From Acidobacteriota bacterium (GTDB taxonomy: Bacteria > Acidobacteriota > Thermoanaerobaculia > Multivoradales > Multivoraceae): a stretch of DNA of 64,000 nt. The notes under the pieces are model-generated. The model did not search any database, had not been told where the DNA came from, and saw only the letters and a list, made by a program, of their open reading frames with translations. Of this stretch, positions 9,126-17,434 are shown piece by piece (the stretch's first letter is position 1; every line of letters starts with the position of its first letter). The stretch lies in the NCBI GenBank assembly GCA_026707325.1, contig JAPOXA010000139.1:3570-67569 (forward strand), in the 5' to 3' direction. Both the position numbers and the translations under genes were made by a program.

Positions 9126-9830
9126 CTACTCGCAGGCTTCAGCCAGCGCCGCCAGCGCGGTTTCCGGGTCTGGCGCCTGCGTCAGCGGCCGGCCGATCAC
9201 CAGCAGGTCCGCCCCCGCCCGCAGCGCGGCCGAGGGCGACGCGACCCGGCGCTGATCGTCGGCGACGGCGGCTCCAGGACCCGCCTCGAAGCGGATACCG
9301 GGGCTCACCAGCAGCAGCTCCGGGCCGAGCCGGGCACGAAGGGTCGCCAGCTCGAGAGGCGAGCAGACGACGCCGGCGCAGCCCGCGGCCTTCGCCGACC
9401 CGGCCCAGGACAGGACACGGTCCCCCGCCGCGCCGGGAAGGTCGAGGTCGCGAAGATCGTCGGCGTCCAGGTGCGTGAGCACGGTGATCCCCAGCACCCG
9501 GACCTCGTCTCCGGCCTCTTCCGCCGCCGCCTCGAGCATCCGCCGGCCGCCGCCCGCATGCACCGTCAGGTACGTCACGCCGAGCTCCTTCGCCGCGCCG
9601 ACCGCACCAGCGACCGTGCTCGGGATGTCGTGGAACTTCATGTCGAGGAAGACGTCGGCGCCTGTCGCCGCGGCCTCCCGCACCGCATCCCGGCCCCACC
9701 GCAGGACGACGCGCGGCCCCACCTTGAGCACGCCGACGCGGGGCCCGAACAGGCCGCACCAGTCGCTGTAGGTGTCGCGATCGTCGGTGTCGAGCGCGAC
9801 GGCGATGCACTCCAGCCTCGTTTCGGTCAT
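9126..9830 (-). CDS. pyrF: orotidine 5'-phosphate decarboxylase
   Basis: IAVALD...LKVG...FLDMKFHDIPSTV...LTVHA motifs of OMP decarboxylase. Overlaps the pyrD stop. Confidence 0.9.
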   Translation of the reverse strand: MTETRLECIAVALDTDDRDTYSDWCGLFGPRVGVLKVGPRVVLRWGRDAVREAAATGADVFLDMKFHDIPSTVAGAVGAAKELGVTYLTVHAGGGRRMLEAAAEEAGDEVRVLGITVLTHLDADDLRDLDLPGAAGDRVLSWAGSAKAAGCAGVVCSPLELATLRARLGPELLLVSPGIRFEAGPGAAVADDQRRVASPSAALRAGADLLVIGRPLTQAPDPETALAALAEACE

Positions 9831-10774
9831 TCCGGCCTCGCCGCCGCCCCGATCAGGGAATCGACCGAGGGGATGCCTTCGGCCTGCAGGCGTTCCCGCA
9901 GTCCGTCGACCAGCCGCTCCGCGGTACGGGGGTCGCGGAACAGGGCCGTGCCAACCTGTACGGCCGAGGCGCCGGCCAGCAGGAACTCCAGCACGTCGTC
10001 GACCGTCTCGACGCCGCCGATCCCGATGACCGGCAGGTCGACCTCGCGCGCGACATCGAAGACGATGCGCAGCGCCAGCGGCTTGATCGCCGGCCCCGAC
10101 AGACCGCCGCGGATCGTCGACAGGATCGGCCGCATGGTCGCCGTGTCGATCGCCATTCCGACGAACGTGTTCACCGCCGACAGGATGTCGGCGCCGCCTT
10201 CCTTCGCCGCCCCCGCGAGGGCCTGCGGCGACGTCACGTTGGGCGACAGCTTGACGACGATCGGCTTGCCGGTCGCCGACCTCACGCGTCGCACCAGACG
10301 GGAGAGGATCTCCGGGTCGTGTCCGAACTCGATGCCGCCCTTGCTCACGTTCGGGCAGGAGACGTTCAGCTCGACCGCGGCCACGCCCTCGTACGGTTCG
10401 ACGCGCTCGGCGAGCCGCACGTACTCGTCCTGGGCGGAGCCGAACAGGTTGACGATCACCTTGGGCGGGAGATCCTTCAGGCCCGGCAGCACCTCGTTCA
10501 GGAACCGGTCGACGCCGATGTTCTGCAGTCCGATCGAGTTCAGCATCCCGCCGCGGGTCTCGGCGATCCGGACCGGCGGATTACCCGCCAGGGGCTCGAG
10601 CGACAGGCCCTTGGTCACCAGGCCGCCGAGGCGGTGCAGGTCGGCGCGCTCAGCAAACTCCAGACCGTAGCCGAACGTGCCGCTCGCGGTCAGGATCGGG
10701 TTCTGCAGCCTAAGCGGGCCGACCCGGGTCGACAGATCCGGCGAAGGGAGGCCCCTGGCGCCAGCGCTCACCAC
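9827..10774 (-). CDS. pyrD: dihydroorotate dehydrogenase catalytic subunit (class 1B)
   Basis: LQNPILTASGTFGYG, VELNVSCPNV, GGV. GTG start chosen at the pyrK stop (GTGGTGAGC overlaps TGA). The longer Arg-rich N-terminal extension to 10966 would overlap pyrK and is rejected. Confidence 0.88.
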   Translation of the reverse strand: MVSAGARGLPSPDLSTRVGPLRLQNPILTASGTFGYGLEFAERADLHRLGGLVTKGLSLEPLAGNPPVRIAETRGGMLNSIGLQNIGVDRFLNEVLPGLKDLPPKVIVNLFGSAQDEYVRLAERVEPYEGVAAVELNVSCPNVSKGGIEFGHDPEILSRLVRRVRSATGKPIVVKLSPNVTSPQALAGAAKEGGADILSAVNTFVGMAIDTATMRPILSTIRGGLSGPAIKPLALRIVFDVAREVDLPVIGIGGVETVDDVLEFLLAGASAVQVGTALFRDPRTAERLVDGLRERLQAEGIPSVDSLIGAAARPE

Positions 10775-11595
10775 GCCAACTCGTCCAGGCGGAAGACGGG
10801 GCCCTGGCGGCAGCAAAGGGCGTACCCGCCGTTCTTCAGTGTCACGGCGCAGCCGAGGCAGGCGCCGTAGCCGCAACCCATGGGCGTCTCGGTCGCCGCT
10901 TCGCCGGCGACGCCGCCGGCGGCCGCGATCCCGGCCACCGCCGCCATCAGGCCATGCGGTCCGCACGTGCAGACCGTCGTGTAGCCCGCGCCGGCGCGGA
11001 CTTCCGCCTCCAGAGCCGTCGTGATCAGGCCGCGCTCGCCGGCGCTGCCGTCCTCGGTCGTCTTCACCAGCCGGCCGCCGGAGCGCTCGCTGAGACGCCG
11101 GAACGTCTCAGCCTCGACCAGGTCCTCCGCGCTGCGGCCCCCGTAGAAGAAGTCGAAGGGACGGCCCGACCGCTCCAGAACTTGGGCCAGCAGCCCCAGA
11201 CCGGCGGACCCGATCCCGCCCGCGACCAGCGCCGCCCGCCCCGACTCGGAGCCACCGGACCCGGAGATTCCGGCTGCCACACTATGAAAACCCGTGCCCA
11301 GAGGACCGAGAACCGGGATCCGTTCGCCGGGGACACAGGCAGCGAGGGCCTCCGTGCCGCAACCGATGACCTTTCCGAGCAGTGAGATGACCAGGGAGCC
11401 GTCGGACGCCGCCTCCTGGTCGTAGACCGAGAACGCCCGCCGGAGGTATGGCTCGGGCCGGTTGGCGCCGGCGACCATGACGAACTGGCCGGGCTCGGCG
11501 GGCTCCATGGCCGCCACCCGCACCCGCAGCAGGAAGTAGGGCAAAGGCAACGGCTGGACATCGAGCACTTCTCCCCTCGAGTCCACTGCCGCCAT
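10768..11595 (-). CDS. pyrK: dihydroorotate dehydrogenase electron-transfer subunit (FAD/FeS)
   Basis: PGQFVMV, GGIGSAGL, and the C-terminal Cys cluster CGYGACLGC...C of PyrK. Start placed at M25 of the listed ORF. Confidence 0.85.
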   Translation of the reverse strand: MAAVDSRGEVLDVQPLPLPYFLLRVRVAAMEPAEPGQFVMVAGANRPEPYLRRAFSVYDQEAASDGSLVISLLGKVIGCGTEALAACVPGERIPVLGPLGTGFHSVAAGISGSGGSESGRAALVAGGIGSAGLGLLAQVLERSGRPFDFFYGGRSAEDLVEAETFRRLSERSGGRLVKTTEDGSAGERGLITTALEAEVRAGAGYTTVCTCGPHGLMAAVAGIAAAGGVAGEAATETPMGCGYGACLGCAVTLKNGGYALCCRQGPVFRLDELAW

Positions 11596-11658
11596 GGCGC
11601 GGCGAGGGTAGCACCGTCCGCAGGGGCCGGCGCCACAAGACGACGACGTTGCGTTCCT

Positions 11659-13335
11659 GTGGCGCAAGCTCCTAGAGTCGTTTCAGTGAATCGGGAACGT
11701 CTGCTCGCCGCTTCCGCTTGCGCGGTGCCCGGCCTCCTTGCCGGGATCCACCTCACCGGACTTCTCTTCTTTCTCAATCCCCACCTGCCGTTTCATCCCT
11801 GGCCGGTGATCCGGACCAGCGCGTACTACGGAGTCCTGGGAGCCCTCGCTGCCTGCGCGTTGCTCCTCGCCGTGTCCTGGCGCCGCCCCGAACGCGCCTC
11901 GAGACTCCTGCCCTGGTCGATGGCCGCGGTGTTCGGCGCGGCCTCTGTACTCGACCTCACGCACGCGGTCGGCTACGAGCGCTTTCTGCCGCCCGGCATA
12001 CACGACCGCCTGATCAAGGCCGGCCTCTGGCTCGCTCTCGCTTCCCTGATCACTGCCTACACCGCGTTCCTCCACACCTATCGGAGAAAGCGCGCGTACG
12101 GCCCCCGCTCCCGCTTCGGCATCGCCGGCCTGGCCGTGCTGACGGTCTATTCCGTGTTCGAGCGGCGCGAGGCCTTCAACCCGCCGCCGCCTGAGACGCC
12201 GCGTGCCGCCGCGATCGACTCCGCGCCGCCGCCGAACCTGTTGATCCTGGGCCTGGACGGCGCCTCGCTCGACGCCATTCTGCCTCTCTCGGAACAAGGC
12301 TTGCTGCCCTTCTTCTCCGAGACGATGCGCGCCGGCAGCTATGGCCGGGCGGAGTCGATCGAACCGGCGGTCCGGCTCCCACTGTGGACGACCGTCGTGA
12401 CCGGAAAGTACCCGTACCGCCACGGTGTCGTGGCGGAGCAGACCAGTGAAGCTCCGTCTCTGCCGGGCGAACGCTTCCACCTGACCCCGGGCGCCATCGC
12501 CTTCGGCATCTGGGGCGACCGCGGCGCAAGCGATGGCGGACCGGCGATCCAGGCCTCGGCGCCGGCACTGTGGCGGATCGCCGCGGGGTTCGGCCTCGAT
12601 TCGGTCGTTCTCGACTTCGGCGTCGGTCTCACCGACAGCTCGCCGGCGCGAGCCGCCGCTCTCGGCTCGGCGATGGTCGACGAGCGCCTCGCGCGTCTGG
12701 GAGACGGCCCGCCGTCGGCCCTGTACACGGCGGCGCTTCGCGATCTCGAGACGCAGAGCCAACTGTTGACGACGCTCGGGTCGCGATCCCAGGAGGGCTC
12801 GCGGTTGGTCGTCTTCGCGTTGATGGACGGCTTGGCGGACGTCTCGCGGCTCTACTACGATTCGTACGAAGCCGTTCAGTTCGACGGCGACCAGGCGCAG
12901 GTCCGACTGGACCGGGCGCGGTGGCTGTCCGCCTACTACGCGTTCCTGGACGGCCTGGTCGCCGAGGCCTGGGAAGAGCTTCCGCGCCCGCGCATGCTTG
13001 CCGTAGTGAGCGCCTACGGATTCGAACGGTCCGGGCCCATCCGCCGCCTTCTCGGCCGCTGGAGCGAAGCGACGCCGATCCCTGGCGGCGGCTTCCAGAC
13101 CCCGGATGGCCTCCTCCTGCTCCGGGGGCAGGGCATCAAGGAGGACTTCCTGTTGACGGGGCTGGGAATCCAGGACGTGGCGCCAACGCTGCTCTACGCC
13201 CTGAACCTGCCGGTCGCCAGGGACATCGACGGCCGCGTCATGACCGAGTCGTTCGAACTCGCCACCCTCGCCCGCCGTCCGATCGCGTTCGTTCCATCAT
13301 ATGAAACGAGAGCCGGCGGCACCAGCCGCCCGTAA
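11659..13335 (+). CDS. membrane-anchored alkaline-phosphatase-superfamily protein (type I phosphodiesterase / nucleotide pyrophosphatase-like), hypothetical
   Basis: Four N-terminal TM helices, then LILGLDGASLD, the metal-site motif of the AP superfamily. Family assignment tentative. Confidence 0.5.
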   Translation: MAQAPRVVSVNRERLLAASACAVPGLLAGIHLTGLLFFLNPHLPFHPWPVIRTSAYYGVLGALAACALLLAVSWRRPERASRLLPWSMAAVFGAASVLDLTHAVGYERFLPPGIHDRLIKAGLWLALASLITAYTAFLHTYRRKRAYGPRSRFGIAGLAVLTVYSVFERREAFNPPPPETPRAAAIDSAPPPNLLILGLDGASLDAILPLSEQGLLPFFSETMRAGSYGRAESIEPAVRLPLWTTVVTGKYPYRHGVVAEQTSEAPSLPGERFHLTPGAIAFGIWGDRGASDGGPAIQASAPALWRIAAGFGLDSVVLDFGVGLTDSSPARAAALGSAMVDERLARLGDGPPSALYTAALRDLETQSQLLTTLGSRSQEGSRLVVFALMDGLADVSRLYYDSYEAVQFDGDQAQVRLDRARWLSAYYAFLDGLVAEAWEELPRPRMLAVVSAYGFERSGPIRRLLGRWSEATPIPGGGFQTPDGLLLLRGQGIKEDFLLTGLGIQDVAPTLLYALNLPVARDIDGRVMTESFELATLARRPIAFVPSYETRAGGTSRP

Positions 13336-13355
13336 GAGAAGCTCGCGCGACAGCA

Positions 13356-13390
13356 AACCGGGTGCGCCGGCGTCCCCGCCGGCATCCGGG
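13356..13390. terminator. GC-rich hairpin between convergent genes (candidate bidirectional terminator)
   Basis: gccggcg-tcccc-gccggc palindrome with flanking ccgg arms between the AP-like gene end (13335) and the bactofilin end (13397). No T-tract. Confidence 0.3.
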
Positions 13391-13396
13391 CGCAGC

Positions 13397-13840
13397 CTAG
13401 TGCGCCAGGTGTTCCTCGGGCGCGGACTCGCCTTCTCCCCCGGCGGCCGACTCGACCATCGCGGGCTCTTCGGCGGCGGGAGGCTGGGACGGCCTCGCGT
13501 TCATCGTGCACTGGCCCTGGAAGAAGGCGCCGCTCTCGATGACGAGAACCGGGGCGTGGATCTCTCCTTCGACCCGGCCCTTGGCGCCGATCTCGGTCCG
13601 CCGCGTGGTCTGGACCCGCCCCTCGAGGCGGCCTGACACATGGAGTTCGCCCACGGCGACGACGCCTTCGACGACACCGCCCTCGCCGACGATCAACTGT
13701 CCTTCCGACTCGACGGTGCCCTTGAACCGGCCATGCACCCGGAAGGTGTTCTCGAATCGCAGTTCCCCGTGGACCTCACAACCGGCGTCAAGAAAGCCAT
13801 TCAGTTCTCCGGGGGAGCCGGTTCTCGTGTTCTTGGACAT
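13397..13840 (-). CDS. bactofilin (DUF583 polymer-forming cytoskeletal protein)
   Basis: Repetitive beta-helical segments LIVGEGGVVEGVVAVGELHVSGRLEGRV...EIGAKGRVEGEI...LVIESGAFFQG. Disordered acidic C-terminal tail. Confidence 0.8.
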   Translation of the reverse strand: MSKNTRTGSPGELNGFLDAGCEVHGELRFENTFRVHGRFKGTVESEGQLIVGEGGVVEGVVAVGELHVSGRLEGRVQTTRRTEIGAKGRVEGEIHAPVLVIESGAFFQGQCTMNARPSQPPAAEEPAMVESAAGGEGESAPEEHLAH

Positions 13841-13865
13841 AACTCGGCACGCTCCGACGTTTAGG

Positions 13866-14741
13866 TCACTCCGCCGACAGCCGTTCGTACAGCCGAATCA
13901 GCTCCGGTTCGGAGTGGAAGTGGATCTTGAGGACGCCGCCGCCACGCGCGCGGCGGCTGATTTCGACTCGGGTCTGCAGTCTACGCGTCAATCGCTCGAC
14001 TGCGTGCGCGGTGTCGGGGTCGCTCCCGCCGGCCGCAGCCGTCGCCGCGGGCTTCTTCCGCGGCCCTGAGGAGACGATCCGCTCCAACTCCCGGGCACTC
14101 AGCGACTCCCGTTCGGCCCGCACAGCCAGTGCGACCTGGCTCTCCTGGTCTCCGAGCGACAACAGCGGCCGCGCCTGGCCCGCGGTCAACGCTCCGGACC
14201 GGATCCGCCCCTGGACGGCCTCAGGCAAGCGCAACAGGCGCAACGAGTTCGCGACCGCGACCCGGCTACGGCCCACGCGGTCCGCGATCTCCTGCTGCGA
14301 CAGCCCGAACTCGTCGCTCAGCGCCCGAAACGCCTCGGCCTCTTCCAGTGCGTTCAGATCGGAGCGCTGCAGGTTCTCCACCAGCGCGAGTTCGAGAAGC
14401 TCGCGGTCGCTCTCCACCTCGCGGAAGACGACCGGTACCGTCTCCAGTCCGGCCTTGCGGGCGGCGCGCCAGCGGCGCTCCCCCGCGACGATTCGCCAGG
14501 AACCGCCGTGGTCGGGATCTGCCGTGACGACCAGGGGCTGAAGCACTCCCCGCTTCGCGATGGACCCGGCGAGGTCCGCCAGCTCGGCGTCATCGAACTG
14601 GTCGCGCGGCTGGCGGCTGTTCGGCTCGAGTTGGGCAACGGGCAGTTCCCGGACCGCCGGCGGAGAGCTCGGCGGAAGAGCGCCGCTATCGGCGAAGAGG
14701 GCATCCAGCCCACGGCCCAGTCCCGGGCGCCGGCCGCTCAT
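13866..14741 (-). CDS. parB: chromosome partitioning protein ParB (Spo0J)
   Basis: N-terminal GLGRGLDAL, ParB box VENLQR, HTH. Start ATG overlaps the parA stop (ATGA). The 5' extension to 15131 is rejected. Confidence 0.9.
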   Translation of the reverse strand: MSGRRPGLGRGLDALFADSGALPPSSPPAVRELPVAQLEPNSRQPRDQFDDAELADLAGSIAKRGVLQPLVVTADPDHGGSWRIVAGERRWRAARKAGLETVPVVFREVESDRELLELALVENLQRSDLNALEEAEAFRALSDEFGLSQQEIADRVGRSRVAVANSLRLLRLPEAVQGRIRSGALTAGQARPLLSLGDQESQVALAVRAERESLSARELERIVSSGPRKKPAATAAAGGSDPDTAHAVERLTRRLQTRVEISRRARGGGVLKIHFHSEPELIRLYERLSAE

Positions 14742-15499
14742 CGGGGACGGCGGCCCGCCAGTTCGTGCGCCAGACCCAGGTACGCCTGCGAGCCCTTGCT
14801 CTTGATGTCGTACTGCAGGACCGGCATACCGTAACTTGGGGCTTCCGCGAGGCGAACGTTGCGCGGGACGATCGTATCGCAGACGATCGATCCGAAGTGC
14901 TTGCGCACCTCCTGCGCCACGTCGCGCGACAGGTTCGTGCGATCGTCGTACATGGTCAGAACGACGCCGGCGATTTCCAGCTCGGGCCTCCCCAACTCCC
15001 GCACCCGCTGCACGGTCGCCAGCAGCTCGCTGATCCCCTCGAGCGCGAAGTACTCGCACTGCAGCGGCACGACGACCGCGTCGGCGGCGAACAGCGCGTT
15101 CAGGGTCAACCGGCCCAGCGCGGGAGGGCAATCGATGAAGATCCGTTCGTAGCGGCCGTCCAGCTCCTCGAGCGATGACTTGAGGCGTCTGATCCAGTGC
15201 TCATCCTGTTGCAGGCCGAACTCGGCGCCCACCAGGTCCCGATTGGCCGGGAGCAGATCGAGATAAGGGAAACCGCTGGCCACGATCGCATCGCCAGCGC
15301 TCGCCTCGCCGGCCAGCACGTCGAACAACGTCGGCGGCCGCCCAGACCAGCCGGCGCCGCGGCTCGCATTGCCCTGCGGATCGCTGTCCACCAGCAACAC
15401 CCTGCGCTCCATCGCGCCGAACGCCGCCGCCAGGTTGATCGCCGACGTCGTCTTGCCGACGCCGCCCTTCTGATTGGCGACCGCCAGGACGTCAGCCAC
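14738..15499 (-). CDS. parA: chromosome partitioning ATPase ParA (Soj)
   Basis: Deviant Walker A KGGVGKTT, then DSDPQGN and the rest of ParA/MinD. Confidence 0.92.
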   Translation of the reverse strand: MADVLAVANQKGGVGKTTSAINLAAAFGAMERRVLLVDSDPQGNASRGAGWSGRPPTLFDVLAGEASAGDAIVASGFPYLDLLPANRDLVGAEFGLQQDEHWIRRLKSSLEELDGRYERIFIDCPPALGRLTLNALFAADAVVVPLQCEYFALEGISELLATVQRVRELGRPELEIAGVVLTMYDDRTNLSRDVAQEVRKHFGSIVCDTIVPRNVRLAEAPSYGMPVLQYDIKSKGSQAYLGLAHELAGRRPR

Positions 15500-16211
15500 G
15501 GTGACGCGGGCGGAGACAGAGAATCCGCCGGTGGGGGCTGTCTGGCAGATTCATCTCTTGTTCCACAGTACAGGTATCCAGCAGACCGGTCGGCAGCCGC
15601 CGGCCCGCCCACAAGACGAGGCGCCCCTCATCCGGCAACGCTTCCACCAGGCGAGCCATCGTGGGCTCCGGGAGCCGAAGGCCACGAATCGTCGCGCACT
15701 CTACCGCCCCCCCGAGCCGCTCGGCGAGTTCGGCGTCGAACCGCTCCCTGACGACCCGCACGTTGGTCAGGTCGAGCTCTCGCACTGCCTCCGCCAGGAA
15801 TGCGGCCTTCCGTTCGCGCGCCTCGACGAGCGCCACCGGCCTCTCAGGATGAACCGCCGCGAGCACCAGCCCGGGGAACCCGGCGCCGCTACCGATGTCG
15901 AGAAGCCCGCGCTCGGTGTTGCCTTCTCCCGTAGAGGCTCGCCAGTACGCCCTCGCCGCGACCGATTCCGCGTAGTGACGACGAATCCACTCCCCAGGCT
16001 CCGCTTCGCCGACCAGCCGCACCACCCGGTTCCAGCGTTCCAGCAGCTCGGCATGACACGCCAAACGGTCGACCGCTTCGGATGACAACTCGGCGCCGAA
16101 CTCTCGCTGAAACAGGTGACGGTGTTTCACGTGAAACACCTGTGAGGCCGTTGGGGTCTGTGTTTCACGTGAAACAGCGGGAACGGTACGTCCGCCGCTG
16201 ACCGTTCCCAC
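15492..16211 (-). CDS. rsmG: 16S rRNA (guanine527-N7)-methyltransferase RsmG (GidB)
   Basis: LLERWN, LDIGSGAGFPGLVLA, ERKAAFL motifs. Start uncertain (GTG). The two parS palindromes lie inside its first ~30 codons. Confidence 0.82.
   Translation of the reverse strand: MGTVSGGRTVPAVSRETQTPTASQVFHVKHRHLFQREFGAELSSEAVDRLACHAELLERWNRVVRLVGEAEPGEWIRRHYAESVAARAYWRASTGEGNTERGLLDIGSGAGFPGLVLAAVHPERPVALVEARERKAAFLAEAVRELDLTNVRVVRERFDAELAERLGGAVECATIRGLRLPEPTMARLVEALPDEGRLVLWAGRRLPTGLLDTCTVEQEMNLPDSPHRRILCLRPRHRG
16123..16138. promoter_or_regulatory. parS: parS centromere site 1 (TGTTTCACGTGAAACA)
   Basis: Perfect 16-bp palindrome matching the ParB-binding consensus TGTTNCACGTGAAACA. About 1.3 kb from parAB. 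Confidence 0.85.
16161..16176. promoter_or_regulatory. parS: parS centromere site 2 (TGTTTCACGTGAAACA)
   Basis: Identical 16-bp palindrome, 22 bp downstream of site 1. Confidence 0.85.
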
Positions 16212-16395
16212 CGCACCAGTCCTGCGAGGCTACTCTCCCACAAAGGAGCGAGGCTGGCCCCTCGCACGATCTTCCCCCAAGGCCGGCGAGGACGCCGGCG
16301 CACCCAGTGTGGAGCGCCATGCACACGACGCTGCATCCGGGGCTGGCGAAACGCCGTCCACACGGTGCAGCGTCCCGTCTGGCACTGCGTCCAGT

Positions 16396-16572
16396 CCGGC
16401 CCGGGGACCCGGAGGGAAGGTCCCCAGCGGGCTGGAGGCAAGCGTCTCCCCAGACCGTCACCTCGACTGACAACGCACCGCAGCGCGGCCGACCGAAGCG
16501 AGCGCTGGCCTCCCATCCACCAAACAAGCGTAAGCGGCCGATGGGGACCTTCCCTCCGGGTCCCCGGGCCGG
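16396..16572. repeat. 30-bp perfect inverted repeat pair flanking a 117-bp spacer (MITE-like or long hairpin element)
   Basis: 16396-16425 CCGGCCCGGGGACCCGGAGGGAAGGTCCCC is the exact reverse complement of 16543-16572 GGGGACCTTCCCTCCGGGTCCCCGGGCCGG. Lies in the jag-rsmG gap. Confidence 0.7.
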
Positions 16573-16626
16573 ACGGGGCCCATGCCGCCGACGTCACGGG
16601 GCTCCCCGCGCCGCGCCGCCGCGCCG

Positions 16627-17418
16627 CTACTGCAGGCGGATGCTGACGCGTTTGAAGTAGCCGTTGCCCTGGCTCTCCGTCTCGACGTCCGGGTCGTCGG
16701 CCAGGGCCAGGTGGACGATCCGGCGGTCCGCCGGGTTCATGGGGCGCAGGGTGCGCGTGCCGCCGCGGTCCACGACCTCCTCCGCTACGCGGCGGGCGAG
16801 GCCTCTCAGTCGCTCTTCCTTCTTCTGCTGATAGCCGCGGCTGTCGAGACGGCACGGGATGATCCGGCCGACCTGGCCGTACATGACTCGCGGCAGAAGG
16901 TGCTGCAGCGCCAGCAGAACCTGCCCTTCGTCCTCGACGAGCAACTCCTCGTCCACGCCTTCGATCTCGATCTCCAACCTCTCGCCGCTCAGGACGATCT
17001 CCGCCGAGACTTCGAGATCGGCCAGTTCCAGCAGTTGATCCAGCGCTGCATGCGCGATCCGGACGACGTCCCCGGAGGTCTGCTCGGGCGCCTCCGCTTC
17101 GACCGGCGCCTCCGCATCGTCCGCCGACGCCATCCCCTCGTCGTCCGCCGACGCCGGCTGCGCCACCGCGGGAACCGTCGTTTCGACGACAGGCTCCGCC
17201 ACAACATCGGCGCGACCGTCGCTCTCGCCAGCACCGTCGTCAACGCTCCGGCCGACGCTCGCCGGATCGACCCGAATCACAACCCGACGGTGCTTCACGA
17301 AACCGTGCCGTTTCTCCACCCGGTCGAAGGCGATCTGCTCCGGCGACACGCCGAAGTGGTTCGCGGCCGCCAGGATGGCCCGGGCCTCCGTCTCTCCCGA
17401 AAAGAACATGCTGTTCAT
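16627..17418 (-). CDS. jag: RNA-binding protein Jag/KhpB (Jag_N, KH, R3H)
   Basis: Jag-N (EARAILAAANHFGV), a KH-like region, and C-terminal R3H (TRTLRPMNPADRRIVHLAL). Start placed at M20 of the ORF. Confidence 0.8.
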   Translation of the reverse strand: MNSMFFSGETEARAILAAANHFGVSPEQIAFDRVEKRHGFVKHRRVVIRVDPASVGRSVDDGAGESDGRADVVAEPVVETTVPAVAQPASADDEGMASADDAEAPVEAEAPEQTSGDVVRIAHAALDQLLELADLEVSAEIVLSGERLEIEIEGVDEELLVEDEGQVLLALQHLLPRVMYGQVGRIIPCRLDSRGYQQKKEERLRGLARRVAEEVVDRGGTRTLRPMNPADRRIVHLALADDPDVETESQGNGYFKRVSIRLQ

Positions 17419-17434
17419 CGCTACTACCTTGCCC

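Noticed and set aside
10775-10966. Arg-rich 64-aa N-terminal extension of pyrD
   Set aside because: It would overlap pyrK by about 200 nt. The conserved DHODH N-terminus begins at the GTG at 10774.
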